Source of the DNA: Lingula anatina
Lineage: Eukaryota > Animalia > Brachiopoda
DNA: 64,000 nucleotides
Assembly (NCBI GenBank): GCA_051362555.1
Contig: CM120645.1
Location: 21,204,001 to 21,268,000 of the forward strand
Direction of reading: 5' to 3'
The position numbers and the translations under genes are program-made. The notes below the pieces were generated by a model, which was given only the letters and a program-made list of their open reading frames with translations, was not told the origin of the DNA and did no database searches. Of the stretch, positions 63,089 through 64,000 are shown in pieces (positions within the stretch are counted from its first letter, which is position 1; the number at the start of each line of letters is the position of its first letter).

Positions 63089-64000
63089 CGTAGAATATGC
63101 ATTAAAACAGTCGGTGAGCTACCGTAGAATACAAGCCTAATCTAATGACCCTTGTATGACAAAGAGCAACTGACTGCTGAAATGGAAACTTTTGTAGTAC
63201 AGGGACGAAACCAATACAGTGACGTTTGTTTGTCACCCGCCTAACTCAAAAAGTTGTGGATGGATTTTGATCAAATTTTCAGGATAGGTCTTACATGAAT
63301 TAATCTTAAAGGGGTACAGGTATTTCTAAAAGAGATATTCGAGTGCAATAACTCTGTAATAAATGGACAGAGCACTGGGTTGGAAAAATTGCTCGGTTTT
63401 GTTTTCAGGCCTCATAGGTGAAATTGCAGTTTGTGATCTCGAGCCGCGGTTTGTGATTGCGAACGCCGAAGTTACGAGTTGACCTGCGTTTTCATGGTGC
63501 GAACGCAAATGTCTACGTAAACAGCCACTTGACATCATAGATCAACAGCTACCGGGATACATGTATATACCATCTTTGTGAATGAATATCAGGTAAACAA
63601 CCAGTCACTAGTATTATCCCTCTAAGTTACTACTCTACGTATAGTAAAGGTCAGCTGAATGATGACATTAATTCTATATAAAATCTCACAAATCTTTGGT
63701 CACAAAGGAAAGGTGAACAGAATTCGCCCCTGACATATCTTTAAATATTATAATAAAAATAATTAAATTAAAATTACAATTTAATTGAAATTAATTTAAA
63801 AAAAATCGGTGACCCTTGTAGAGGGAATACACATGCAACCAGTTTGTTCAGTTCAAGGTGAACACTAGTTAGTATATGAATGGTGGATCTAAAATCATCA
63901 AATCTTTCCGTCACATCAGTAACACGGTGGTCTAGCTGAGATCTATAGAAAATATGCATCTGTCATAAAAATCTTTTGGCCACACTACCCAGGCATCTCT

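Overview
AT-rich, intron-dense animal genomic DNA, most likely a marine invertebrate (species not identifiable from the window). Five complete minus-strand genes and one 5'-truncated plus-strand gene were reconstructed by hand from GT-AG splice sites with consistent exon phase. (1) 1-19868 (+): MUC4-like type I membrane protein with NIDO, AMOP, VWD (GDPH), cadherin-like, about 20 EGF, TSP1, a furin-site module and a TM segment, in 39 visible exons. (2) 28912-31224 (-): 235-aa death-fold adaptor with an unusual DED-acidic linker-CARD architecture. (3,4) 34358-37598 and 41024-45024 (-): two tandem short-prodomain caspase-3/7-like genes. (5,6) 48232-50599 and 59346-62097 (-): two tandem paralogues largely invisible in the ORF track. 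Each encodes a signal peptide, a variable, strongly cationic amphipathic peptide (e.g. WRLRRVWRRAVRVVRRVVRVVKTYKAIKAAVAVAG) and a conserved acidic domain with two EF-hand loops. These look like a candidate family of antimicrobial-peptide precursors with a Ca2+-binding anionic propiece and are the best candidate for an undescribed system. kB-like and IRF-like motifs near the minus-strand genes suggest an innate-immunity cluster. The remainder is MITEs of several DNA-transposon types, a Helentron-type element, tRNA-derived SINE heads and microsatellites. All functional statements are inference; no database search was possible.
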